Source: a virus
Taxonomy: Duplodnaviria; Caudoviricetes
Reading direction: 5' to 3' (one strand)
Length of the DNA: 25,303 bases
IMG/VR virus record: IMGVR_UViG_3300030372_003555
Span: 1-25,303 of that record
The position numbers were made by a program, and so were the translations under genes. This document shows positions 24,947 to 25,303 of the stretch, piece by piece; position 1 is the first letter of the stretch; every line of letters begins with the position of its first letter. Below the pieces are notes generated by a model. It had not been told where the DNA came from and ran no database searches. It saw nothing but the letters and a program-made list of their open reading frames with translations.

Positions 24947-25243
24947 TTAACATTTCCATTTTCTTAAAGCTTTGTTTATTCTTGAATTAGGATCGTTTGC
25001 TGTTTTTTTAGAAGTTAATTTTTTCTTCATTCCACGCATACGCGCACAGAAAGATTTTTTTCTGGATCCACCTTCAGGTTGTGGAGCTTTTAAATTTGAT
25101 CCAGGGTTTTCTCTCTCGTAAGACTTACGTCCTTTTTCATTAAGTCCACCCGATTCAGATTTACCTTCAGATCTAGTCCACGCGGGAGAACCCCCACGTT
25201 TTAAATAAGCTCTTCCAAATCCTCTTAAAGCTGCTCCTGGCAT
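24947..25243 (-). CDS. Small basic phage protein, 98 aa (possibly DUF6321-like)
   Basis: SPAWTR.EGK..SGGLN.KGR...SFCARM...DPNSRINKALRKW.C; family name from memory only. Confidence 0.7.
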   Translation of the reverse strand: MPGAALRGFGRAYLKRGGSPAWTRSEGKSESGGLNEKGRKSYERENPGSNLKAPQPEGGSRKKSFCARMRGMKKKLTSKKTANDPNSRINKALRKWKC

Positions 25244-25303
25244 TACGCCTTCTTTGCAGTTTTAGCTGCTCGTGTAAACTGTTTATCAGTTGGTGCACCT
25301 TTA
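25243..25303 (-). CDS. C-terminal end of a small basic protein, truncated by the window edge
   Basis: ...KGAPTDKQFTRAAKTAKKA-stop; TAATG coupling to the 98 aa gene. Confidence 0.65.
   Translation of the reverse strand, partial: KGAPTDKQFTRAAKTAKKA

Overview
AT-rich window of a tailed dsDNA phage, with essentially all real genes on the minus strand. It covers the virion morphogenesis region of a podovirus-like phage resembling marine, probably SAR11-infecting, lineages (recalled resemblance, not verified). In transcription order (right to left): small basic proteins, holin, GroES-like co-chaperonin, scaffold, capsid accessory protein, Mu gpT-type major capsid protein, an overlapping small-gene pair, capsid accessory proteins, head-tail adaptors, small tail proteins, three paralogous Gly/Pro/Cys-rich fibre proteins, four 2OG-Fe(II) oxygenase-fold genes, tail nozzle and a probable internal/ejection protein. 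Four genes missing from the ORF track were added (1-1325, 2016-2180, 12812-12988, 25243-25303). Best leads: (1) a promoter-led hairpin just after the oxygenase cassette whose loop is complementary over 10 nt to the bases abutting the start codon of the first cassette gene; (2) a promoter-led H-type pseudoknot RNA downstream of the capsid gene; (3) a recurring hydrophobic-x-x-G-G motif in many probable internal virion proteins; (4) a possible fibre-hydroxylation system that includes a pseudo-enzyme. All product calls come from motif recognition and synteny only.
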